Shown in pieces: positions 9,901-17,800 of a stretch of 37,644 bases of DNA. Source of the DNA: a virus (Duplodnaviria; Caudoviricetes). Every line of letters starts with the position of its first letter. Positions within the stretch are counted from its first letter, which is position 1. The notes under the pieces are model-generated. The model did not search any database. It worked only from the letters and a program-made list of their open reading frames with translations, and was not told where the DNA came from. A program made the translations under genes and the position numbers. The stretch covers positions 1-37,644 of the IMG/VR virus record IMGVR_UViG_3300012953_000080; one strand, 5' to 3'.

Positions 9901-11247
9901 TAGAATAGAAGGTTGGAATGGGTACTCACCAGTATCATATCCAACTACTCGGAAAGCAGAACCACCACTACGGTTATTAATATTAAGATGGTTGATCTTA
10001 GTAATACCATGATATGCGTTATCAGTGGTTCTTTCCTTATCAAGATCAAATGTTTCAGTGGCAGCCTGGTCTGTAAACATTAGTTTACCACCAGATTGAA
10101 GTTGTGTATTTTCTACACTTGCTTCTGAAATACTTACGTGACCACCAATAGTTCCGTTGGTTCCGTCCCAAACAGTAACATCAAAATCTTCTTGAGCAAA
10201 AGACGCAAGACCTTTCTGCTCTATTTGTGCAGTCCAAAGGTATCTCCATCCACCTGCATCACTAGCATCAGTGTGTGATGGTTCTCCTAAACCAGCACCA
10301 ATATCTCTTATAGCAGCCTGATAAACTCTAGCACCACTTGTTTCAACTATTACAAATCTACTATATGCAGTTGCATTATCATATGCTGCGTATGTAGATC
10401 CCTCTTTAGCAGTGGCAATAGGAATTGTCTTTGCTTGAGTTGAACGACCATAACGGTCAAAAGTTATCTGAGAAGAGTTAACAGTCTCATTACCATTACC
10501 AGCAATTGATATTAGAGATGGGTCAAGGTTACCATTAGGGTTATATTGTCCAACAACAACAGCAGTATCAGCAAGATCAACTATAGGATTTAAACTTTGT
10601 CCTGAACCATTGGTTATAACAATTCTACCAGCACCACCAGTTACCTCTCTATTAGTAAGAGTACCAGCAGCAGAACGAGAAACGAGACCAAATCCCGTCA
10701 TGTTTGCTAACGAACTTAAGTCAGCATCAAGAGGTTGAACGTCAGTAATACCATAAGTTGAATAACTTGTAGGGTTTGACGCATTAATAACACGACCACG
10801 AGAGTCAAGTGTTATCTGTGTATATGTTCCTGTAGCAGATAAATTATTGGCATCGTAGTGTGGCAGTGACGTAACATAATTCAATTCAGCAGTTATGTTT
10901 ACGTTAGCAGATCCATCAAAGCTAGCAGAACCAGACATGTCACCTGCTAAAGTGAACGATCTAGTGTTGGCAAGACGAGTAGCAGTAGCAGCATTACCTA
11001 TAATTGATGCAGTTATGGCACCTGCAGCAAAGTTACCATCAGAATCACGTTTAACTAAAGTATTGGCAGTATTAGATTCCGTTTCAATTGGTCTCTCATA
11101 CTTAAGCGAGTTCCAAGGAGTTACACCATCACCGATCTTGATACGAGAAGTATCAATCTCAATTCCTAGTTCTCCTTGAGCAAGTATTGGGTTAACGTTA
11201 GCCCACTGTTGGGCACCATCACGTCTTAATTGTATTCTATTTGCCAT
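3931..11247 (-). CDS. long fibre protein (2438 aa) with Mtd_N/hyaluronidase-like N-terminal anchor, beta-repeat shaft and C-terminal repeats
   Basis: N-terminus IQLRRD...W...NPILAQGELGIExDT.RIKIGDGVTPWNSLKY is a common phage fibre anchor. The shaft has G/T/D/N/V-rich (GxLxV) repeats. The gene has its own perfect late promoter and occupies the pre-gp13 slot held by wac in T4. Confidence 0.85.
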   Translation of the reverse strand: MANRIQLRRDGAQQWANVNPILAQGELGIEIDTSRIKIGDGVTPWNSLKYERPIETESNTANTLVKRDSDGNFAAGAITASIIGNAATATRLANTRSFTLAGDMSGSASFDGSANVNITAELNYVTSLPHYDANNLSATGTYTQITLDSRGRVINASNPTSYSTYGITDVQPLDADLSSLANMTGFGLVSRSAAGTLTNREVTGGAGRIVITNGSGQSLNPIVDLADTAVVVGQYNPNGNLDPSLISIAGNGNETVNSSQITFDRYGRSTQAKTIPIATAKEGSTYAAYDNATAYSRFVIVETSGARVYQAAIRDIGAGLGEPSHTDASDAGGWRYLWTAQIEQKGLASFAQEDFDVTVWDGTNGTIGGHVSISEASVENTQLQSGGKLMFTDQAATETFDLDKERTTDNAYHGITKINHLNINNRSGGSAFRVVGYDTGEYPFQPSILSQGNNYPAVNSDTANGNGSATSGSSLTGAVDINLDTTLSGNLTLDVSKADQFIKRTSGNFEVALEVNESVNRALNINSGNAGAGDATINITADQDITISATDVDHRVNVEDYHFQDNVFSTTNATMVLDPNDDDDISGKVQIRGDLQVDGTTTTVNSTVVTIDDPIFTLGGDTTPVADDNKDRGIEFKYYDTQARLGFFGWDEDYANANLWSSTGGFRFLYNATNTNEVFTGTDAPIIAGNLALTTNTGSTSTTTGTLVVTGGLGLSENAHIGGTVTIAGQSEVNNNVIFKADNKSFNIQTNAGVDKFTVDYDNGNTVIEGTVDIQLETTITDNVIIKADNKKFDVQTAAGVSVFDIDTDNGNTHSDGTLDVDAGVTFNSTLDVDAGVTFNSTLDVDDDVVFHNDFLMDVTGKEFKITNGTDTKFLVSSTNGNTDIEGTVNINSLATFEKTTNITVDATASESAITKSSEGSVDIDGGLNVDVDARVGGDLYVSDRIVVKDAGTARTRPSLLNNVDIKYRQYIGSTSAHNAAFADDADANLRVSGGAGIVQDLHIGDDLYIGKATTNENVEFQVLGESGATTIGRVGQGTATDGSLTVHGNATFNREVNITGSQTTIGDADTDALTVNATSTFNGDVTLAAGKNLEVGGNTVVEGNLTVNGTTTTINSTTQTLDDPVFTLGGDTAPSGADAKDRGIEFRYYDGSAKVGFFGWDNTASRFALFHNATNSSEAFSGTRTGIDAGSVKLFDTTNATTASSGALIVGGGAGIGLSLFVGENVDVAGNTQIDGTLDVDSHVGIDGNFDIATSKFTVAAATGNTTIAGTVAVDGNATIGNAGTDTHTVNGTVQFNQAITSTDITAHNIKIGVDASNEISTTSGNLVLDSANGTVNVTDDLDVDNNLNVDGNAKVDGTLIVDGNATIGNASGDAHSVTGTVTFNQAITSTDITADDIKIGVDASNEISTTAGNLVLDSNAGKVHITDNAEVDGNLQVDSNTTLGDDATDTLTVNATSTFNAAITSTDITADNIRIGVAASSEIDTANGNLVLDSATGETQVDDNLTVTGTADISGLTTITDALTVKADNKLVSVQTAGGSTKFSIDTDNGNTDIQGTLNVEGATVIDDTFNVTQATDLDGTLNVDGVGTFQDNLILNADNKNFKIQLDNGTDKFTVASATGNTDIQGTLDVNGASNITNTLGVTGLTSLTNNTNPTSLAGNAALMVTAGGATIDEDLYVGSDIFVGANAATKVTINGATGNTDIVGTLDVTGNTTLAVLNVSSITTTATATIGGSIIVNTDKFQVTGSNGNTDIAGTLDVGGSTTIDDQFNVTGAVDFDTTLNVDGNSTFSGTITQNSTSLFKDDFVLRGASKTLKLQNGSGTDKIILNSTSGAATFEGLTTTNTLDVTSNSTIGGTLGVTGQITGNVTGELTGNAASTSLVNVTDTTTSNLTYYPAFVSTNTGNTEIRTDSTNFTYNPSTNRLTVDNFRSTTDFEVQGNLNITGNITFGQSQVGSIANHDTDALTEGSTNLYFTNERVDDRVDALITGGTGITATYDDAGNILTLSTTQADINTDNVTEGSTNLFTTAARTRTHFTYGTGVALSGGGELSVTQADINTDNVTEGSTNLFTTAARTRGHISATGSLSYNASTGVFSYTTPTTIASLSNHDTDDVAEGSNLYFTNERVDDRLNAVIVAGTGVTKVYDDAANTYTLSVTQADVNTDTVTEGSTNLFTTAARTRTHFTYGTGITHSSGTLSVTQADIDTDNVTEGSSNLFTTAARTRGHFTYGTGITHSGGTLSVTQSDINTDNVTEGSTNVFFTNARADARIAAADTDDLSEGSSNLYYTNARADARVVAGITGKLDASAVSVYGATLIDDADAAAARTTLGLGTAAVAATGDFATAAQGTTADAALAASAVSTFGGNLIDDADAAAARTTLGLGTVATTAATAYATAAQGATADSALQAETITLATLKAEVAASANFAAFKLRIAAL
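4010..4330 (-). repeat. two 51-aa (153-nt period) SAVS..LIDDADAAAARTTLGLGT repeats at the fibre C-terminus
   Basis: 28-nt identical core gcagcagcagcgtcagcatcatcaatta at 4115 and 4268. Confidence 0.9.
4350..5385 (-). repeat. eight TDx(V/L)xEGS(x)N(L/V)(F/Y) repeats in two subtypes (..FTTAARTR.. and ..YFTNERVDDR/NARADAR..)
   Basis: Read directly from the translation; the DNA copies are similar but synonymously diverged. Boundaries are approximate. Confidence 0.88.
8710..8800 (-). repeat. 36-nt tandem repeat encoding TLDVDAGVTFNS x2.5
   Basis: Translation reads TLDVDAGVTFNSTLDVDAGVTFNSTLDVDD, and the DNA copies are near-identical. Confidence 0.85.
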
Positions 11248-11286
11248 TGGTTATACGAATTGTGCCAGCTAGCCATGCTACTTTGT

Positions 11287-11294
11287 TATTTATA
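11287..11294 (-). promoter_or_regulatory. T4 late promoter TATAAATA (perfect) for the fibre-gp13-gp16 unit
   Basis: Plus strand tatttata, intergenic, about 40 nt upstream of the fibre ATG and just downstream of a terminator. Confidence 0.85.
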
Positions 11295-11302
11295 TGCTTA
11301 AT

Positions 11303-11328
11303 AAAAAAGGAGTCCCATTAGGACTCCT
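11303..11328 (-). terminator. intrinsic terminator
   Basis: Minus strand AGGAGTCC-TAATG-GGACTCCT-TTTTT: perfect 8-bp stem plus U tract. The upstream gene's TAA lies in the loop. Confidence 0.85.
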
Positions 11329-11554
11329 GAGTTCCCTCTGGGGATTCCCCTTCGGGAGATTTTTCTTCTTCCACTTCAGGTGGATTCAGATATTCCAAGG
11401 TCTCGATAGCACCAAGTAGTTTAAGTGCTTGAGTTTCATTTTGCTTGATCGTTTGAGCAAGCTCTTTATTTTGTTGTAAAATTCCTTCGTACCTTTGTCT
11501 GAACTGTGCTAATAGTTCTTCAGGTGGTAATTGTTCGGTCACGTCAACGGGCAT
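11318..11554 (-). CDS. small acidic coiled-coil hypothetical protein (78 aa)
   Basis: Heptad pattern and LKLLGAIETLEYL motif; overlaps the upstream gene by 11 nt and is followed by a terminator. Confidence 0.8.
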   Translation of the reverse strand: MPVDVTEQLPPEELLAQFRQRYEGILQQNKELAQTIKQNETQALKLLGAIETLEYLNPPEVEEEKSPEGESPEGTQES

Positions 11555-11801
11555 CTTTGTTCTCCACGAGTTTTAATAACATTGATTTCATGTCACTTAT
11601 ATCTGATTTTAGTGCATCTACGTCATTTTGTAAAGTGTCAACACTATGTTCCTTTTGTGATCTTTTTTTGTGAGCATTCATATATTTATGATAAGCATCC
11701 GCATTCGTATTGACGATAGCGTTGGAATATGGATCTCTCCACTTATGTTCATGACCTTCAACAGGTATGAATCCTTCCTTTTTTGGATCAAGGCTTGACA
11801 T
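11544..11801 (-). CDS. small hypothetical protein (85 aa) with C-terminal coiled coil
   Basis: PVEGH..RD..SNAIVN...Y..Y motif followed by heptads LQNDVDALKSDISDMKSML, as typically seen after the VrlC-like gene in marine T4-like phages. ATG at 11801 is preferred over GTG at 11828. Confidence 0.8.
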   Translation of the reverse strand: MSSLDPKKEGFIPVEGHEHKWRDPYSNAIVNTNADAYHKYMNAHKKRSQKEHSVDTLQNDVDALKSDISDMKSMLLKLVENKDAR

Positions 11802-11823
11802 AAATCTATAATCTAAGTACAAT
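11795..11823 (+). promoter_or_regulatory. candidate sigma70-type promoter, antisense to the late operon
   Basis: TTGACA (11795-11800), 17-nt spacer, TACAAT (11818-11823); lies mostly in an intergenic gap. Confidence 0.55.
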
Positions 11824-11850
11824 AACACTGTAAGGGTTCAGGGGAACCAC

Positions 11851-14800
11851 CTACGTAGCTAAAGCTGTTGCTCTAAGATCAGCAATAAACGGTACTGATG
11901 ATTGATTCTTAGACTTCATTACCAATTTAACTTGGAATGCGTTAAAGTTCAATCCAGTAACCTCATATTCAAAATCTTTCCACAAAATTTCTTCAGATGG
12001 TGTTGTGTCATAATTTATATTTTCAGGGAACGGAGTCCAATCAACATCTTCTGGTCTAGTAGAAGCACCGAAAGTAAATGTTTTGTAGTAAGGGTAGATG
12101 AAAGCATCCGCACTTCTAGTAATCTGGAACGCTAGTTTTAGTGTTCTTGATTCTTGTGCTAGTCGCGCGAGACGAGTGAGATACACTGCAGCATTCTGAT
12201 CACCAGTAGGATCAGTAGAGGTGTCTCCTGCTCTATCTATATTTGCTTGAGATGGTATTGCTGCAGAACCACCTGGCCAATAGTTTATTCTATTGGAAGT
12301 AGTGATTAGTGAGCAACGATCCAAGTCAACGACAGGTGTTAAGTTAACGTTATCTGTCGCCAATTGTATTTGCATAGTAAAGGACTTGGCACCTTCCATC
12401 TTATTGTTCTCATTAATCTGAGAAGCAATTAACTTTGGATTAGGGAAGAAGTTTCGATTGTTTAATGTAACTTCTAAGAAATCTCCATTGTTAATGAATG
12501 ATGCTTGATCAATTGTAGTTGAACCATCACCAATAGATGTAGCAGTAGTTGTATTAACCAATGTACGAATATCCGTTTCGGGAAGATTCATGGTTAACAC
12601 AGTAGGAGTTAGTGTTTCAAACTGTACATTTTGTGTTGCAAATGTACGCTTACCACCACCACGTATACCATTAGTAGCAACACTAGTAGTATGTAACATG
12701 TAGGAATCTAACCAAGGACAAGAGATTGATGTATGTGTTTTATTCAATTCTGTCAATGGGATACCATCAAGGTTGTAACATTCAACTGCTGTACCAGAAG
12801 CATGTTCTGCTGCAGTTGTATCATTACTACCTCTACCACTAGTTGAAACAGTTATAGTTTGACCTGTATTTGATATACCACTATAAGCAATAATTTCATT
12901 TCCAATCTTAAGATAACCAGGATTAGATGTAGAAATAGGTGCGTTGTTTATTGTTTGATGGAATGATAATGCATCTTGTACAGCAATTGTTGTTGCATCT
13001 GATGCAAGAGTAGATGTCAACGTTGTTGAACTAATCTCAGAAATTAAACCTTCAACAGTAACATTGTTAGCACGTTCGTGCATACCATGATTTCTGTGAT
13101 AGACAAGAACTTCTCTATCTGCATTCTCATAAGTAGGTGTCGCAGTTGGATATGCGTCATATGAGTCAGCAGTTGATAGATACACAACTCCACTTGCCTG
13201 AATACTTGCCTGTACAGTTGGAGTACCACCAGTGATAGTGTCAGTATCAGCAAACAAACCTTTAACGTAGTTTGCTTCTAATACTCCAGTACCAACTGTG
13301 AATGATGTAACTACTGCTTCAGCATTTGAACCGTTAGTAATAATATCTCCTACAGCAAAACCACTAGCAGGGTTAACAACAGAACATGTAATGGTTACTT
13401 TAGATTGAGATGATTTCAATACTTGATAGATACCACCACCAGATTGAGTAAATCCAGAAGCAAACGTTCCCTGTATATCTGTTAACGTTACTTTAGGATT
13501 TGCACCTGTAGTATCAAATTCTGTAACTGTACCCGCAGCACCAGAAGGATCCTGTACAACTCTCGCACCTACAGTAAATGATGCTGCAGCATTAGAGAGT
13601 GATAAGTTTCCAGTTGGTAGATCTAATATCTGTTTTGGTTTAAGTGTAAGGATTGGATTCTCAATTAGATTGTGAACACCACCATTACCTTTTCCAAGTG
13701 TGCAGTTATTAAAGGTTGCAACACCGTTACTAGGTCCAAATTGACAACGGTACATTGTAAACTTAAGATCTTCATACTGATCAGCAGTCCATGTAGATGC
13801 GTTCTGTGATTTAAATAGAACACCAGCATATGGCTGTTCAGATATTGTTCTAGTACCAGTGATGTCAACATCACCCATTCTAGATATCCATACCTTATAT
13901 TCGTTAGAGTCAGATAAGAGTACGAAACAATATTCTGTAGACTTCTTAAGATATACAGGAGCACGGAAAGTAAATTTCGTTGCAATCGCTGCGTTCTCAG
14001 AAGTTTCAACCTGTGTTGGGGTTAGAGTAACATCAGAGAAAGGAAGAATGGAAGCAGTAGGATAACCATTTTCCATAGTTCTGATCTGCATAGAGATCGG
14101 AATGTTACCATCTTTACTTGCAAAGAATATATCAACTGAGTTGATAAATGTACCACCATCTTCATCTAGAATGAATGATTGTGCAAGAGGGTCATACCAA
14201 CCAACCTGACGTTCCTCAGTTCTAGTAGTTGTAACAACTCTATCTTCAGATACAGTGTCACGAACAATCTCAGCGTTTCTAACAGCAAGAATGTTTTCTC
14301 TTACAGTTTGTAATGTACCTCTTGCTTCATATGTTGTTTCAGCAGATGAATCAACAGTTCCAGGTAATTTACTATTTTCTTCGTTAGTAGTAAATCTAAG
14401 GGTACGGGTACCAGTTGCAAATCTTGGGTTTGAATCTTCTTTTGGATTAGGAATAAACAAAGTACCAGATGTTTCTCCAACGTTATTAGAAATAACCTTA
14501 CGATCTTTTACAACTGCTCTAGCACCAGATGTTTGTCCTAATAGAATTTCACCAACTTGAATGTTTCCATAGTAGTCAGGATTCTTTGTTTCTGCCATTG
14601 CAGAAATATCAACATTTAAGATATCAGTTTGCGATGCATATGATTCTGGTAATAATGTTTCTATTCCTGAATAAGGATTGTATTGTCCACCGTCATTAGG
14701 TAGTGCTACAAGAAGTCTACATCCAGAAGTCTGACCAATTACAACTTCACCCACAACATATGGAGTTTCATTAGTTGTTGGATCTGAAGAAGAGTTCTTA

Positions 14801-17800
14801 ACTAACTCAATAATTTTAGGTGTAAGATAAGTTGAAACATTTACATTATCAAAGAATGCATGGAAACGAGTATTAGGTTTCATACGAGCAACCTTATACC
14901 CAACGTTTCTAGAACGTATCCAAGGAATTGTTGTCTGTGATAGTATTGAATCTCCTAAAGATTTACGATCAATTCTAGGTACCACACGACTTCTAATACC
15001 TTGACGTGCTTGGTTATTAACAACACGATAAGTACGACGTTCATGTAGATAGAATAAACCTTGACGACGTTGACCATGACCAGCACGACCTAACTGACGA
15101 CCAACACCAAATGTACCTGAAGAAGATCTATTTTGAGAAGAAGATTTTAATGTTTCACCAGTCCAGTTAGTCTGCCATGAACCCCATTGGATAGGTGCAA
15201 AACCATTCTGGTCAACTTGCATATCAGCAGAGACAGATGAGAAGTCACCTTCAACGTTCTCGACTCTTGCTGGTAATCTTTCTGTATCTACCCAGTCATC
15301 AGATGATGGAGTTAAATCTATTCTTCCGATGAATGTAAACACGTTGAATGGGTTAACATTCTCTTGACGTGAAGCATAGGGTTGTTCAACAATTTTCTGT
15401 TCAGTAAATTGAAGAGTAATGATATTACCTTCATGTCTAACAATATTACTAGAAGCAGTTTCATTCCACTCTAAAGCAACGTTAGTTGTATAGTGTGATG
15501 GTCTAAGCAATCCTTCTGCAAAATCTAAAGAACACTTATAATCTGTACTTAATACATCACCAACAGTGTGATCAGTGAAATCATCAACTACATATCCATT
15601 CTTAAATCTATCAAATCCATTTTCATCATATGCTTTAGCACTATCTGCAGATGCCTCAAGCATTGATAGTGATGTATAGAATTCAACTTGACCAAGGCGT
15701 TTTTCCAAATCACCAATATCTTTCATCGTATAACGACGAATCTGTTCAAGTTTTACAATTACATCTCTTTCAGGATCATAGCAATATGGTTTAAGTTCCA
15801 ACGTTGCTATAAGCATTGCGTTTTCAATTTTATCTGGAGGAACCAAATCATCACCTGGTTTACCTTGAGCAACGATTAACTCGTTATTATGTCCAAGATA
15901 TAGGTAATCCATCCTACCCTGATACCAACTATAGTCAGCACGGAAATCTGTTTCCACACGCATGATATCAAAGATAGTTGATCCACCTTGACCACCAGTT
16001 GTGTTAAATTCTCTTGAATCAAAATCAAATGATGTACAGTTTACATAATATGGTGATGTAACTGTACCTGATCCTTCTGCCTGTTCACCAACACCAGGTC
16101 TGAAATCGATTGTGTCAACTAGGAAGTTAATGTTACCATCTAACTTATAATTGGGGATATCCTTAAATGGAATACCTGTGTATGACTGTGCTGAGAAGTA
16201 ATCACCAGTTTGTTCATGTAAGAAGTAATCAAATACAACCATCAATCTTCTAGTTGGTGGAGCAGTATTTGGTTCACGTATCAGTTTAGACACATCATAG
16301 AAATGTGAATTCTGACCAGGATCAAGATTAAATTGAGATGTAATGTTCTTAGCACCCAATATGACAGATCCATCAGCATCATCAATTAGTGCTGTTAGTG
16401 GAGCATCAGTGTCATCATATCCGTCTATAATTTCACCAGGAATGAAAGGTATCTCATTCAGTCCTACGTTATATAAACGAAGTGTTGAGTTAACAAATGA
16501 TATTACTCTTGCTCTTGCACCTGAAGTACGACCAATGATTACACTTCCAATATTAAAGAAAGTAGATTCATCTAGAACAACGTATGGTACTTGAGCATCA
16601 TTTTCATCTGAAGATTCATATACAGCATGAATCTTATAAACATCATTCAAACCGAATGATATCTCTTTATCTTCAATACGAGTACCATAAAGGTTACCAT
16701 ATGCAAGACCGAACTTAAGAACGTCATCTTGCTTATCAGTTTTAATTACCTTCATGACACGCATCTTAGATGCAGTCTTAATCTTACGTGCAACAGTGTT
16801 CTTAGACACCAATGCATTTAAATGAATTTGGGTAACGTTAGTAAGACCAGCAACAGATACCGACTGTCTCTCTGCACCAAAGGTTACTGTAAGGTTACCA
16901 GCAGTATCCTCTGTGTCTAGATCTAAAATTTGTCCTACAACATAAGCAGAACCAGATTGAGCAGCAATTGTGACAGTATAGTCACCTTTTGCTAAAGCAG
17001 CAAATGCTTCTGATTCAGGTAGAGTAATAGTGATGTCACCGTTACTTACAACCTTATTAATAAATGATCTGTAAACGTAGAATGATTCATCATCCAATGA
17101 TTTCATTGAACGATATGGTAAGTCAATTGATAGTTCACCATTCTGATAGTCCTTATTAAAGACATAAGGACGCATTCTAACTACAGTACCCTGTGTATAA
17201 TCTCCATCTGGTGTTGTTCCTTTACCAGTTCCAAGAAGTGCATGTTGTTGTGCATAGTCAAAAATGATGTTAGAAGCACCAGTACCAGAGTTTGCAGCAC
17301 TTAGGTTGATGTTTGTATCATCAATACTACGAAGTCTTAGGGTTTTTTCTGCTTTTTGGGTTGTACCAACTACACGAATAACTTCACCTGGTCTCAACTC
17401 TGTACCAAAGTTAGATCCATATCCTTCAATTCTATTATTACCTGCTTGATCAACAATAACGTTATAGCAATCGATCTGATACTGATCGTTCATTGCTAAA
17501 CTAGCACCAAATATAATAGCATTACCTGTTGTTCTACCCACTACTGAACGAGTATCAGTGAATTGATAAGGGAATACAGCATCAACTTCACCAACTACTC
17601 TTCCGTCACGAGTCACAACTTCATTATTATTAAATTCTCCAGAGATCTGATAGAGTAATGCGTAATCTCTTACACCATAGTTACCACTATTTGCACCTTG
17701 GAATACATATCCACGTGCACCAGAGGTACGTCCGATAATTAGATCACCATCATTCAAAGTTACATTCGCTTTGAAGTTAATAGCGGTGAACATTTGAATA

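Noticed and set aside
11344-11370. C(UUCG)G-loop hairpin plus T-rich tract on the + strand
   Set aside because: The stem is short and mismatched, and the T tract is explained by Glu/Lys codons on the minus strand.
11683-11690. Internal CATAAATA in the 85-aa gene
   Set aside because: It is explicable by His-Lys-Tyr codons, and the downstream gene is already coupled by overlap.
11902-12135. + strand 77-aa ORF downstream of the antisense promoter
   Set aside because: TTG start, no SD, wholly antisense to the VrlC-like C-terminus and no recognisable motif.
13741-13769. + strand TTGACA-N17-TAAGAT
   Set aside because: It lies inside a coding region with a weaker -10 box and is plausible by chance in 37 kb of AT-rich DNA.
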